In this document: positions 6,338 to 15,647 of the stretch, piece by piece
Numbering within the stretch: the stretch's first letter is position 1
Layout of the letters: every line of letters starts with the position of its first letter
NCBI GenBank assembly: GCA_964595755.1
Contig: CAZQQZ010000003.1
Location: forward strand, 1 to 36,371
Reading direction: 5' to 3'
Length of the DNA stretch: 36,371 bases
From: an uncultured Candidatus Saccharibacteria bacterium
Lineage (GTDB): Bacteria; Patescibacteriota; WWE3; CAZQQZ01
Position numbers and translations under genes: made by a program
The notes under the pieces: generated by a model
Database searches by the model: none
What the model saw: the letters and a program-made list of their open reading frames with translations, nothing else
Told to the model about the DNA's origin: nothing

Positions 6338-9300
6338 CTAGTTTTGTCTTTTAATAATTTTTCTGATTGTTTTCCAAATCAGGATAAAAAACGCCTTAAC
6401 CGCCCTCCTAAACAAAACCGCGATCGCTTTCAAAATCTCAATTATCTTTCCCCCCACTTTAGTTTTCCGGTAAGTAAATAGCAAAACGCTAATTACCAAA
6501 ATTACTATTCCACTAATAATAAAATGTATTCTTCCTCCAAAATAATTTGATTTTTTAACTTTATCTTTTTCATCAATGGTAATTTTTTACCAGTTGTAAT
6601 CGTTTCGGAAACCTTATCACTGGTGACTTTTACTTCCCCGTTCTCTACTGCCACCGAAATGGCATTCGTCTTATTTTCAACCACAAACTTGGTGTGAATG
6701 TTTTGGACAATAAAATATTCTGACTCTGCCAAAGTGCCGGCGATAAGTTGGCTAAGCTTTGATTGAAATAGGGGCAAGTCGTAGCGATCAAATTTAATCG
6801 CGTAAACCGTCATCGAAGACGTAAATTCAGCGGTGAGCTGACCCTTAAGAAGAACCGGCCGATGGCTATATTCTTTTGAAAAAATTGTCCCTTCCGTAAT
6901 ACTCAACGTGCCTGCCGGATTAAGATATTTTAGCCGTAAATTACTGTCAGCCCGATAAATTAACCCGGGGGTGAGCTGAGCAAAACTCAAATCACCAGCG
7001 GGAACAAAGGCATCTCCGCTGTAGCGAGAAAGGTTACTTGAAGTTTCCGTTCCCTCCTCTTTTGCGGTTTCGTCCGGTTTATATTCGGTTGAATAACTTC
7101 CCACCTGATAATACTTAAATTTCTTATGATTTAGAGCGCCGTAAAAAATTCCTTTGTCGTTGGCAGTTACAAAAACGGTGTCCTCGATCGTCCCTTTTTG
7201 AGATCCGGCAGGAGTTTTATCAATATTGTTATCAGTAAAAATCCTTATCACCCGGTGCGGTTCCGTTTCAGTAACGGTGGAATAAATTACATACTTTCCC
7301 CCGGGAGAGATTGATATATCAAGTTCGTCTCCTCGAGTAATTAAATCTTTTTCCCAAGCTTTACCACCACCGCTAAAAAGAAAGGCTTTCTCGACCATTA
7401 CAATTCCAATTTTACTGGCATCTTGGCTACTGTCAGCGGCCCGAGGAGTCCCGTTTATGTCTCCTAGATTAGAAATTACATTGTTGTTGATTGTGAATAC
7501 GCAGTAACCCCCTCCTTTGGGACATCCCGAAACGATGTTGTTCCCAACAGTAAAATGAAACCCTTGCTGGGCAGAGTAAGTCATCGGCGCTTCGCTATTT
7601 TCAGTCCCTTCAATGTCGTAACGGGTATATTGGTAAAGCCCTTTGTTTAAAAGCTGGAAAGGGTAAACGTAAAATCCATCGGGGGAAACCTCGCAAAGCT
7701 GGGCGCTACTTTGAGGATCGAGTTCTAAACTGCCGATACTGCCTCCCTGATTGTTAAAAAGCTGAAGTTTATTAGTTCCCTTACTTAAGCCAAAAATACC
7801 GGCGTGAACATAAAGAGCCGTCGTATTGCCATCATAAGAAGTATCAAGCGCTGCTTGTGAGTTACCATCGGTCGCCACTGTGGGAATTAACTTTCTCTGA
7901 TTTCCAGTTAAACTGTCCAAGAAATACAATTTTCCAGTATCAGGTTTATTGTTAGTGGTGTAATAAACTACTAGTTTTCCATCTTTACTGGCAACAATGT
8001 TTGATAAAATTTCCTTCCCCAAATCTTTCTCCCAAAGAAGTTCCGGCTCCTGAATCGTCAATCCACCATCTGACGAGCGGCCACCCATTTTTTCCATCGT
8101 AAACTGCAAGTCCTGATTATTAGGAACCGCATTAATATCTTGGCTAATGGTTTTATAGCCAGGAGCAGAGATCGTAAAAAGATATTTTCCCGGCTGCATT
8201 CCAGGAAGAGAAGTTTGATCACTTATTTCTTCATCAAATCGCCAATCTTGATTTGAAGCTATCACTCGGGCAGTTACAAAATTTCCGGCAGTATCTTTAA
8301 CAGTAACTGTAAATAGCACATCTTGATCTTTAAGAACAAAATTAACGTTATTAAAAGTTAAACTATCTTCCGCGCAAGGATCGTTGATGTTATCGATCTT
8401 TAAGACAACTTTTTTAGTTTCGTTTTGGGAAAAGTCTGGATGAGTTGCAGACAGCATCGCCGTTGCCAGTGTAGTAATGCCTTTGAGATGGTACCAACCA
8501 TAATCACCAACCGTTGCCGTTTCCCCTGTGCTTGCCGTAATCGTCGCCCCAACTACTTTCTTGCCTTTCAAGTCCTCAACTCTGCCATTAACACTACCGG
8601 ATAAAAGGGGCGAGGAAAAAGAATGATAGTCCGTTTTCCTTTGTCATCAAAAATCACTAAAGTATATTTTTTAGATCTTCCACAGTAGGTAGTTTTGGCA
8701 AACTCAGTCACATCAAGGAAAGTGCTGAAATTAACTTTATTTAACCCAACAACAATCTGGGAAGTTGAGTAAACTGGAGTTTTGGTTGAAGTGCCATCGT
8801 AATCGCCCTCATAAATTTTGACAAAGGCCTCCCCACTTTCCTCACCAGTGTTTTTGACGTCAAACTCCAACATAAAGTTATTAAGCTCGCCGGAAACTAA
8901 CTTTTGAGAAAACTTATCAATTTGAAAATGCGGTGGAGTCGGCAGTTTATCAATTGTTAAAACAAAAGTGTTGTTGCCCTCGCTTCTTTCCGTAATCATT
9001 TGGTTAGGATCAACATTGAAAATTACTTTGGTGAGTTCCCCATCGGGCGCGGTAAAGGGAATTGTTTTATACCAAATAGCGGGCACCTCATAATTGTCGG
9101 CATCTGATTTAAAACCTTGCAGATACTTAGCGAAGTTACTTTCCTCAATCAAGAAATCAGTCACGTAATCCTCCAAAGTTTTTGGCGGCCCGTTCCTAGC
9201 GCCCGCGTAAATTAGTTCAGAAATTGTTTCTTTGAATAACTGCCCTCCACCGGACACAAGACCATCTCGATTTCTGGTGTGACCCCAAGAAGCCTCCGCC

Positions 9301-9821
9301 CCAATATCCCGGGCGTAACCCCTGCCGTTGTTAACCACCTTGAAGGTCAAAGTCTTCGCGCTATCGTCATAAATTACCCCATGATAGTAAAAATTGCCAT
9401 AAGGATTCCCCACCGATATGTCCGGGGCGTAAAATTTTTGATCAAGCGCGCAGGTACTTCGGCAAGCCGCCAGTTGCGGGGCAATACAATTCTCAATCAA
9501 AGGTTTACAGGCAAACCAAGCCATAAAAACCGTTTCCATATTCTCTCCCTTTCTGATTGTGTCCGCAATTCCTTTGATAAATTTAATGTTGTCTCTGATC
9601 GAATTTCCCGTCCCCATCTTACAGACTTGCTGGAAAGTATCCCAACAATAATCCCCCTGCCAAACGAATTTATAGGAGGCGCATTGGCCATAACAAAGTT
9701 CTTCCGCGGGAGTGTAGGTAGTAGCCGCAAGGACTTTCCTTACCATTAACAGGCTAATAAAAGCTGCGGCGATAACGGAAACGAAAAGTAATATTTTTTT
9801 CACAAATAGGTGTTTCTTCAC
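6338..9821 (-). pseudogene. Large multidomain surface protein (~1160 aa) split by two frameshifts; signal peptide, CARDB-like, carboxypeptidase-regulatory-like/PEGA, beta-propeller, FecR-like, C-terminal TM
   Basis: ORFs 8568-9821 and 6505-8571 join if one base is added at ~8572-8643. One extra A in the A6 run at 6583-6588 extends the frame through a TM helix to a stop at 6338. Confidence 0.7.
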
Positions 9822-10402
9822 CAGCCAATTCCAGCCTTGCGGGTTTTGATAAAATCTCCGGTTTGGGGGTTAAGATCAACATAAAGGGTTTTATTTTCGC
9901 CAACCAAACATTTAACGGTCCATTTAGTGTCAAGATCAAAGAAAAACTCGTTTTCGATTACTTCCCCGCATTTTGGAATCGCTATCTTAGCCACTTCATC
10001 GCTATCAATCCAATTTTCAGGAACCGGAGTGGTCTTTTTCTTGTTGCTATCATCAGTTAGTTCCACTTTCCCCTCAACCACATTAACTTTGTAATTAGTG
10101 CCTTTTGCAGGCGAGTAAAAGATAATAAACCAAGTTCTTGAGGTACCATCAGGCTGCACGTTAACGGTGCTTAAATTGGCTAAGAAACAATCGGAGGAGA
10201 ACTTCTTGGCTTCGGCAAGGGCTACCTCGTAAGCCTTTCTGGCGGTTGACATTTTATTGCCAAAGATGGTTGAATCCTGGGATTGTTGGGAATTAGTTCC
10301 GCCTGTATCGGTAGTGGCGGGTTTATTCTTTGAAAGAAAAAACAGTCCTCCGGCAACGACGGCGACCAAGACTATCCCAAAAACAAGATAACTCTTTTTC
10401 AT
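9818..10402 (-). CDS. Membrane-anchored hypothetical protein
   Basis: N-terminal TM helix and Ser/Thr/Gln linker; 4 bp overlap with the next gene. Confidence 0.8.
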   Translation of the reverse strand: MKKSYLVFGIVLVAVVAGGLFFLSKNKPATTDTGGTNSQQSQDSTIFGNKMSTARKAYEVALAEAKKFSSDCFLANLSTVNVQPDGTSRTWFIIFYSPAKGTNYKVNVVEGKVELTDDSNKKKTTPVPENWIDSDEVAKIAIPKCGEVIENEFFFDLDTKWTVKCLVGENKTLYVDLNPQTGDFIKTRKAGIGW

Positions 10403-10441
10403 ATAACGACGGTATATATCAAATCAATTTATGTTTGTAGC

Positions 10442-10795
10442 TCAAAAAGAAAAATTTTCGTAACCGCCCGATTGACCATTAAGCCCGTTTAGGGTTTTGG
10501 TGTAGGTACTCATAAAACTTTTAAAAATCAGAAAAGAAATTATTATTGAAAGGACAGTCAAAACAATCGCAACTATCCCAATTTTTTTTGACTTATCGTC
10601 CCCTTGCTTTAGATATTTTATGGCAGGAATAAGACCAAAAGGAGGCAAAAATAAACTTAACAAATATACGGATATCTGTTTAAAAAGAGAAGTAGAAGCG
10701 TCTCCACCGACTATCTTGTAACCACAGACTGGACAGAAAAAATCCGTGGGACCGATGTTGTTTTTACATTTGGGACAGATCGATATTTGATCCAT
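10442..10795 (-). CDS. Zinc-ribbon membrane protein
   Basis: CPKC...FCPVCG followed by two TM helices. Likely start is MDQISIC, 6 nt after TATACT. Confidence 0.8.
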   Translation of the reverse strand: MDQISICPKCKNNIGPTDFFCPVCGYKIVGGDASTSLFKQISVYLLSLFLPPFGLIPAIKYLKQGDDKSKKIGIVAIVLTVLSIIISFLIFKSFMSTYTKTLNGLNGQSGGYENFSF

Positions 10796-10839
10796 AAATG
10801 AAGTATACATCAAAAAGATGTAGAACCTTAAACTGGTCA

Positions 10840-10868
10840 TTGACAAGTACTACAACTAGGTGCATTAT
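10840..10868 (+). promoter_or_regulatory. Sigma70-type promoter of the RHH gene
   Basis: TTGACA-17 bp-CATTAT with a TG just upstream of the -10; ATG 7 nt downstream. Inverted repeat tacatc-aaaaa-gatgta at 10806-10822 may be an operator. Confidence 0.6.
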
Positions 10869-10875
10869 GTGAAGT

Positions 10876-11064
10876 ATGACAACTAATAACGACAGGCAAC
10901 GAGTAACCCTGTTTCTTAACCCAGATCTGCTAAAACAAGCCAAAGCCCAAGCGGTGATAGAAGAATTCAGCCTAACATCATTAGTCGAAAGAGCTTTGGT
11001 TAAGTATTTACCTAAAGAAACAATTCTCAAAAAGGCCGACATTAGAATATCTCGTTATCATTGA
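10876..11064 (+). CDS. Ribbon-helix-helix (CopG-like) protein
   Basis: RVTLFL-NPDLLKQAKAQA-SLTSLVERALVKYL matches the RHH pattern. Confidence 0.8.
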   Translation: MTTNNDRQRVTLFLNPDLLKQAKAQAVIEEFSLTSLVERALVKYLPKETILKKADIRISRYH

Positions 11065-11079
11065 AAGGCGGTGAAAAAT

Positions 11080-11487
11080 ATGGCAGAAATTGTAAAAGAA
11101 ACTATTACCACAAATGAAGATAATACAAACAGCACTGCACCAACTACAGTAAAACCAGTTAAAATTCAAGCCAGCAGCGTCCAAACGGTTGAGTATTTAA
11201 TCTATTTCCTTTTCGGAACAATGGAAATACTCTTGGCATTCCGTCTTGTGCTTAAGTTGATGGGAGCAAGTACTGCAAGCGCCTTCGTTGGCCTAATCTA
11301 CGGTATAACCGGAATTTTCATTTTACCTTTTGAGGGAATATTCCGTCGAGGGTTTTCGGAAGGGTTGGAAACAACTTCCGTTCTTGAACCAGCAACCTTA
11401 GTCGCCATTATTGTTTACGCGGTAGTGGCTTGGGGAATTGTAAAGCTATTGCGAATACTTTCAGGCGAAAAACAGCCAACAGAATAA
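11080..11487 (+). CDS. YggT-family membrane protein
   Basis: RLVLKLMGA...FV.LIY.IT..FILPF.GIF pattern. Confidence 0.8.
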   Translation: MAEIVKETITTNEDNTNSTAPTTVKPVKIQASSVQTVEYLIYFLFGTMEILLAFRLVLKLMGASTASAFVGLIYGITGIFILPFEGIFRRGFSEGLETTSVLEPATLVAIIVYAVVAWGIVKLLRILSGEKQPTE

Positions 11488-11536
11488 TTCGGTTAGTTTG
11501 GATTACGAATAGCGTAAAAGAAAGAAGGTGAAAGGT

Positions 11537-11785
11537 ATGACTATCCTTTATTGGATTGTGTTTGGATTGATTGCCGGAAGTATCGCTAATTTCATTGCCC
11601 CTAGTTCTCAGGGAGGGATTTTAGGATCAATCATTCTGGGAATTATTGGGGCTGTGGTTGGTGGATATCTTGGTCAAAGATTTTTTGATGTCGGAGTTAC
11701 CGGATTTAACCTAACCTCTTTTATGGTAGCGGTCGCCGGATCATTGCTTGTTCTTTTTATAGGCAGGTTACTTATGAGAAGTTGA
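11537..11785 (+). CDS. GlsB/YeaQ/YmgE-family stress-response membrane protein
   Basis: WIVFGLIAG...LGIIGAVVGG...AVAGSLLVL pattern. Confidence 0.92.
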   Translation: MTILYWIVFGLIAGSIANFIAPSSQGGILGSIILGIIGAVVGGYLGQRFFDVGVTGFNLTSFMVAVAGSLLVLFIGRLLMRS

Positions 11786-11849
11786 TCTAGGAAAAACTTT
11801 CTTAAAAACGGAATAAAATTAAAGATTTTTGAAAAGGAGGGGAAAATAA

Positions 11850-12149
11850 ATGAAAGGATTTATTGAATTTATAAGAGGACAAGGAGTAATGGGACTCGCC
11901 GTTGGGTTTATTCTTGGCGGCGCCGTTTCAAAAGTAGTCGCTTCGCTCGTGAACGACATCATTAACCCTTTAATTGGAATTTTGCTGGGCGCGGCGGGAA
12001 ATCTTGATCAAGCCTATTTTAAAATTGGGGTAGCAAAGTTGATGTGGGGAAGTTTTATTAGTACCACAATAGACTTTATCATTATTGCTTTGGTTGTTTA
12101 TTTTGGGGTAAAGATCCTGAAACTAGATAGGCTAGACAAAAAAACTTAG
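11850..12149 (+). CDS. mscL: Large-conductance mechanosensitive channel (short form)
   Basis: FIEFI...LAVGFILGGA..KVVASLVNDIINP...GSFI...DFIIIA; AGGAGG RBS. Confidence 0.9.
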   Translation: MKGFIEFIRGQGVMGLAVGFILGGAVSKVVASLVNDIINPLIGILLGAAGNLDQAYFKIGVAKLMWGSFISTTIDFIIIALVVYFGVKILKLDRLDKKT

Positions 12150-12184
12150 GGTATTGCATTTATTAAAATTGTCGTTATACTTAA

Positions 12185-13738
12185 ATGGTGATGGTCAAAA
12201 AAGTAATCTTTCCCTTAATCTTGCTCTTCGTCTGCGTTTCTCTTTTTGGCGTCTTAAGTCCTTCCCGAACGGTCAAGGCAGAAAATTATGACCGCATTCC
12301 TGGGAAGGTACTTGTTAAGTTCCGAGCAGAAGCTTCTAACCAAGAGATCGACAGACAAATTAACACCTTTTCCGCAAAATTTAAAAGAAGGATGGATTCC
12401 ATTGACGTTTTTGTTTTTAAAGTCCCCACAGGAACTGAAGAAAGATTTTTGAAAACGCTTTCCAGAAACCCCTATGTTGAATATGCAGAACCAGACTACG
12501 TCGCCACCGCCCTCTTTGACCCAAATGACCCCTATTTTAGCAATCAATGGGGGTTAGAAAATACTGGCCGGGTAATCAGCGGGGTGGTCGGTAAGATTGA
12601 CGCGGATATCGATGGGCCAACTGCCTGGGATACCACTAAGGGCGGGGTAAAAGTTGCCATTCTGGACTGCGGTATTAATGAAAACCACCCAGATTTGGTC
12701 CTAAAAGTTGTTGATCACAAAGATTTTACCGGATCGACATCAGGAACTAATGATATCTACGGTCATGGGACGCATGTTGCTGGTATTGTGGCGGCAGAAA
12801 CCGATAATGGCATAGGGGTAGCGGGAGTTTGCCCAGACTGTTATTTACTTAATGGGAAAGTGTTGAACGATAACGGTTCCGGCGCCTACTCGTGGATAGC
12901 TAACGGTATAATTTGGGCAACCGATAATGGGGCTAAAGTTATAAATCTTAGCCTAGGCGGCGCGCAAAGGTCCACTACCTTGGAAAATGCCGTGAATTAC
13001 GCTTGGAATAAAGGGGTGGTTGTGGTGGCCGCTGCCGGAAACTCAAATAATTCTTCAAAAACATATCCTGCCGCATACACAAACGCCATTGCTGTAGCCG
13101 CTACTGATAATAAAGATCTTAGGGCATACTTTTCTAGTTATGGCGCAACCTGGGTAGATATCGCGGCCCCTGGAGTGTATGTCTTTTCTACTTGGAAAGA
13201 TACTACTAGCAACGCCAATCCCCAACCGGAATGCGACGGCGCTGACTGTTATAAATATGCTTCTGGTACTTCTATGTCGACCCCAATGGTAGCCGGCGTC
13301 GCCGGACTAATTTGGAAGTCTAGCTATGACCAATCGGCTTCCTCGGTAAGAACAAGAATGGAAACTACCGCCGACAAAATTGCCGGAACTGGAACTTATT
13401 GGTCGGCAGGGCGGGTTAACGCCGCCAATGCGGTATCGTTATCTACTTCCCCAACGGACACGGAATCACCAACAGTTTCTATAACCAGTCCTTTAGATGG
13501 AAGTTTTGTTTCCCGAGGTAAAAAAGTGACAATCTCCGCCACCGCAACTGACAACGTTGCCGTCAAGAAAGTTGAATTTTACATTAACGGCAAACTCCTA
13601 AGCACAGACGCAACCGAACCTTACGTCGCCTCTCGGCGGGTTCCATTCACAAGAGGCATTACCTATGAAATTATGGCAAAGGCATACGATACCTCGGAAA
13701 ATACTGCCCAAATGACCGTCTCCGTCACTTCTCGCTGA
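12185..13738 (+). CDS. Secreted subtilisin/thermitase-like S8 protease with a C-terminal Ig-like domain
   Basis: Catalytic motifs ILDCG, HGTHVAG, AAGN and GTSMSTP; signal peptide and propeptide; DTESPTVSITSP Ig-like tail. Confidence 0.95.
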   Translation: MVMVKKVIFPLILLFVCVSLFGVLSPSRTVKAENYDRIPGKVLVKFRAEASNQEIDRQINTFSAKFKRRMDSIDVFVFKVPTGTEERFLKTLSRNPYVEYAEPDYVATALFDPNDPYFSNQWGLENTGRVISGVVGKIDADIDGPTAWDTTKGGVKVAILDCGINENHPDLVLKVVDHKDFTGSTSGTNDIYGHGTHVAGIVAAETDNGIGVAGVCPDCYLLNGKVLNDNGSGAYSWIANGIIWATDNGAKVINLSLGGAQRSTTLENAVNYAWNKGVVVVAAAGNSNNSSKTYPAAYTNAIAVAATDNKDLRAYFSSYGATWVDIAAPGVYVFSTWKDTTSNANPQPECDGADCYKYASGTSMSTPMVAGVAGLIWKSSYDQSASSVRTRMETTADKIAGTGTYWSAGRVNAANAVSLSTSPTDTESPTVSITSPLDGSFVSRGKKVTISATATDNVAVKKVEFYINGKLLSTDATEPYVASRRVPFTRGITYEIMAKAYDTSENTAQMTVSVTSR

Positions 13739-13771
13739 TAATTTTTAGAATAAGTAAAAACGTATTCCAAA

Positions 13772-14677
13772 TCACCGGTTTTCCTCAAAGTATTCATACA
13801 CCGATTTTGATATTTTCGCTATCTGTTCTTCCGCTGCCAAGCGGTTATCGCTCTCCGACAAAACCGCAATTATGTAATCGCCTTTTTCGCCATAAACTAT
13901 CCCTGCGTCGTGGGAAAAAATACCAAGCTCGCCCGTCTTATGAGCAACGGTGACTTCTTCAGAAAGATATTTTGGTAATTTATGATTTAATAGTTGCCCT
14001 TTTAAAAGATTCAGCATTAATTTTGTGTTTTCCTGATTGGCCAGTTCTCCGTTATATAATTTTTCAAAAAACAAAGCTACGTCATAGGCAGTGGTTATTG
14101 GTGGCTCTCCAATAATTGATTCTTCTAAAAGATTATCTTTCAGGAAAGTTTGCACTATAGATAGACCTATTCTTTTAGCCAATAAAAGGGCGGCGTAGTT
14201 ATCTGAAATAGTGATCATCTTTGCCAAAGCATCCTCAACACTTAAAGTTATCGTCCCTTCAGTTAACTCGGCCACTTCCGAATCAATGTTAAAATCACGG
14301 TTAAGCTCCTCAACTTCTCGACTCAATACCTCATTCTTACTTAGTTTCCCTTCTTGAATTTGATTAAAAACCGTCGCCATCACCCAAAGCTTGTATAAAC
14401 TAGCCGCCTCAAATTTCATGTGTTCATTAGCAAAGCAACTTTCCCCGGTTTTAAGGTTCTTAACAACTATGCCATATTTTCCGTTAGCCCCCTTTATCTC
14501 TTTTTCAATCGCCTTTTTAAGACCTTCCGGCGAAGAATTTATTTCCGAAAAATGAGGGCTAATGAAACTTACGAAGGCTTCCGCAAGAGATTTTTGAGAA
14601 CCGGACTTTTTATAAACCGAAACTCCCGCGATAAGAAGGCAAAAGATAATTAAAACTATAATCTTTAATTTCATCAT
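13772..14677 (-). CDS. Class A beta-lactamase-like serine hydrolase
   Basis: SxxK (ASLYK), SDN and HKTG motifs; N-terminal anchor. Confidence 0.9.
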   Translation of the reverse strand: MMKLKIIVLIIFCLLIAGVSVYKKSGSQKSLAEAFVSFISPHFSEINSSPEGLKKAIEKEIKGANGKYGIVVKNLKTGESCFANEHMKFEAASLYKLWVMATVFNQIQEGKLSKNEVLSREVEELNRDFNIDSEVAELTEGTITLSVEDALAKMITISDNYAALLLAKRIGLSIVQTFLKDNLLEESIIGEPPITTAYDVALFFEKLYNGELANQENTKLMLNLLKGQLLNHKLPKYLSEEVTVAHKTGELGIFSHDAGIVYGEKGDYIIAVLSESDNRLAAEEQIAKISKSVYEYFEENR

Positions 14678-14750
14678 TAATAAATAAAAAACCAAAAAGA
14701 CATTCCTGTGTCACTTTATCACTTTCATTATAAATGGTATCCTCAAACGG

Positions 14751-15647
14751 ATGAATCATCTGCCACTCACCGTCTGTCTAGTTTTTGCCTTCACCTACCT
14801 TTGGATCGTGATTGAATTTGCCAAAAAACCAAAAAAACGAAGAAAAACCGCCATCGACGCCCTTATATTTACCATCATCATCGTTCTCCTTTTTCTCTTC
14901 GGTCCCCTTATCGCCATCTCCCCCATCAAACCAGGATACGAAACTAGAGTCGAAGGGACAATTACCATTATTTATCCAAACGCTTTCTCCCCCGAAGCCG
15001 ATCGCTTTTTGGAAACCACCAAAAAAGCTGAGCGTAATATGTACTCGATCTATCAAGAAACTTATCCCGTCAAAATCATCTGGGCAAAATCAAGCTTCGA
15101 CATGATGAGGTTTGTCGGGCGATCTCATGGCGGCGCGGCCGGGCTTGCGGCGATAGTAGTAAGCCCAGATCGAATGGATGAGGGGGTGCTCACCCACGAG
15201 CTTTCCCACCGCTATCTTCAACAAAAAGTGGGTAAACTTGGGATTTTCTTTCCTCGCTGGTTTGATGAAGGACTCGCCACTTATCTTGGCCATACTGATT
15301 CGATGGCAAAATACACAAGCGATGGGATAATAAGAGATGCTTTGCAAAAAGGTTTGTACCAAAAAGATTTAAGCTATTGGAATGGACTAATCGGTTATAT
15401 CCACTGGCTTCAGGATGTCCGGAAGCGTCCAATGGAAATTTACTCGCAGTCTTATTTTTTGATAAAATATCTGGCGGATACTTACGGGGAAGAAAAAATA
15501 AAAGCGCTCATCGGAGAATCCAAAAACGCCAATGGCTTCGACGAGGCATTTTTTAAGATTTATCAGCTTTCAACCGACGATTTTCACCAAAAGTTTCTCA
15601 AAGCATTTCAGGAAAGCCATCAAATGCAGAGTGCAACAAACCTATGA
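14751..15647 (+). CDS. Membrane-anchored MA-clan metallopeptidase
   Basis: HELSH and PRWFDEGLA motifs; two N-terminal TM helices. Confidence 0.85.
   Translation: MNHLPLTVCLVFAFTYLWIVIEFAKKPKKRRKTAIDALIFTIIIVLLFLFGPLIAISPIKPGYETRVEGTITIIYPNAFSPEADRFLETTKKAERNMYSIYQETYPVKIIWAKSSFDMMRFVGRSHGGAAGLAAIVVSPDRMDEGVLTHELSHRYLQQKVGKLGIFFPRWFDEGLATYLGHTDSMAKYTSDGIIRDALQKGLYQKDLSYWNGLIGYIHWLQDVRKRPMEIYSQSYFLIKYLADTYGEEKIKALIGESKNANGFDEAFFKIYQLSTDDFHQKFLKAFQESHQMQSATNL

Noticed and set aside
11486-11513. aattcggttag-tttgga-ttacgaatagc as a fifth subsite A
   Set aside because: Only TGGATTACG matches. The left arm lacks CGTAA and there is no subsite B. It could be a decayed copy but cannot be supported.
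13748-13757. gaataagtaa, the reverse complement of part of subsite B, between convergent genes
   Set aside because: It is a 10 bp AT-rich match with no flanking similarity, compatible with chance.
13772-14677. Bona fide antibiotic-resistance beta-lactamase
   Set aside because: SxxK, SDN and KTG motifs are present, but the omega-loop ExxLN signature is not evident after SDN. Such CPR proteins are often PBP-like hydrolases, so activity cannot be claimed.
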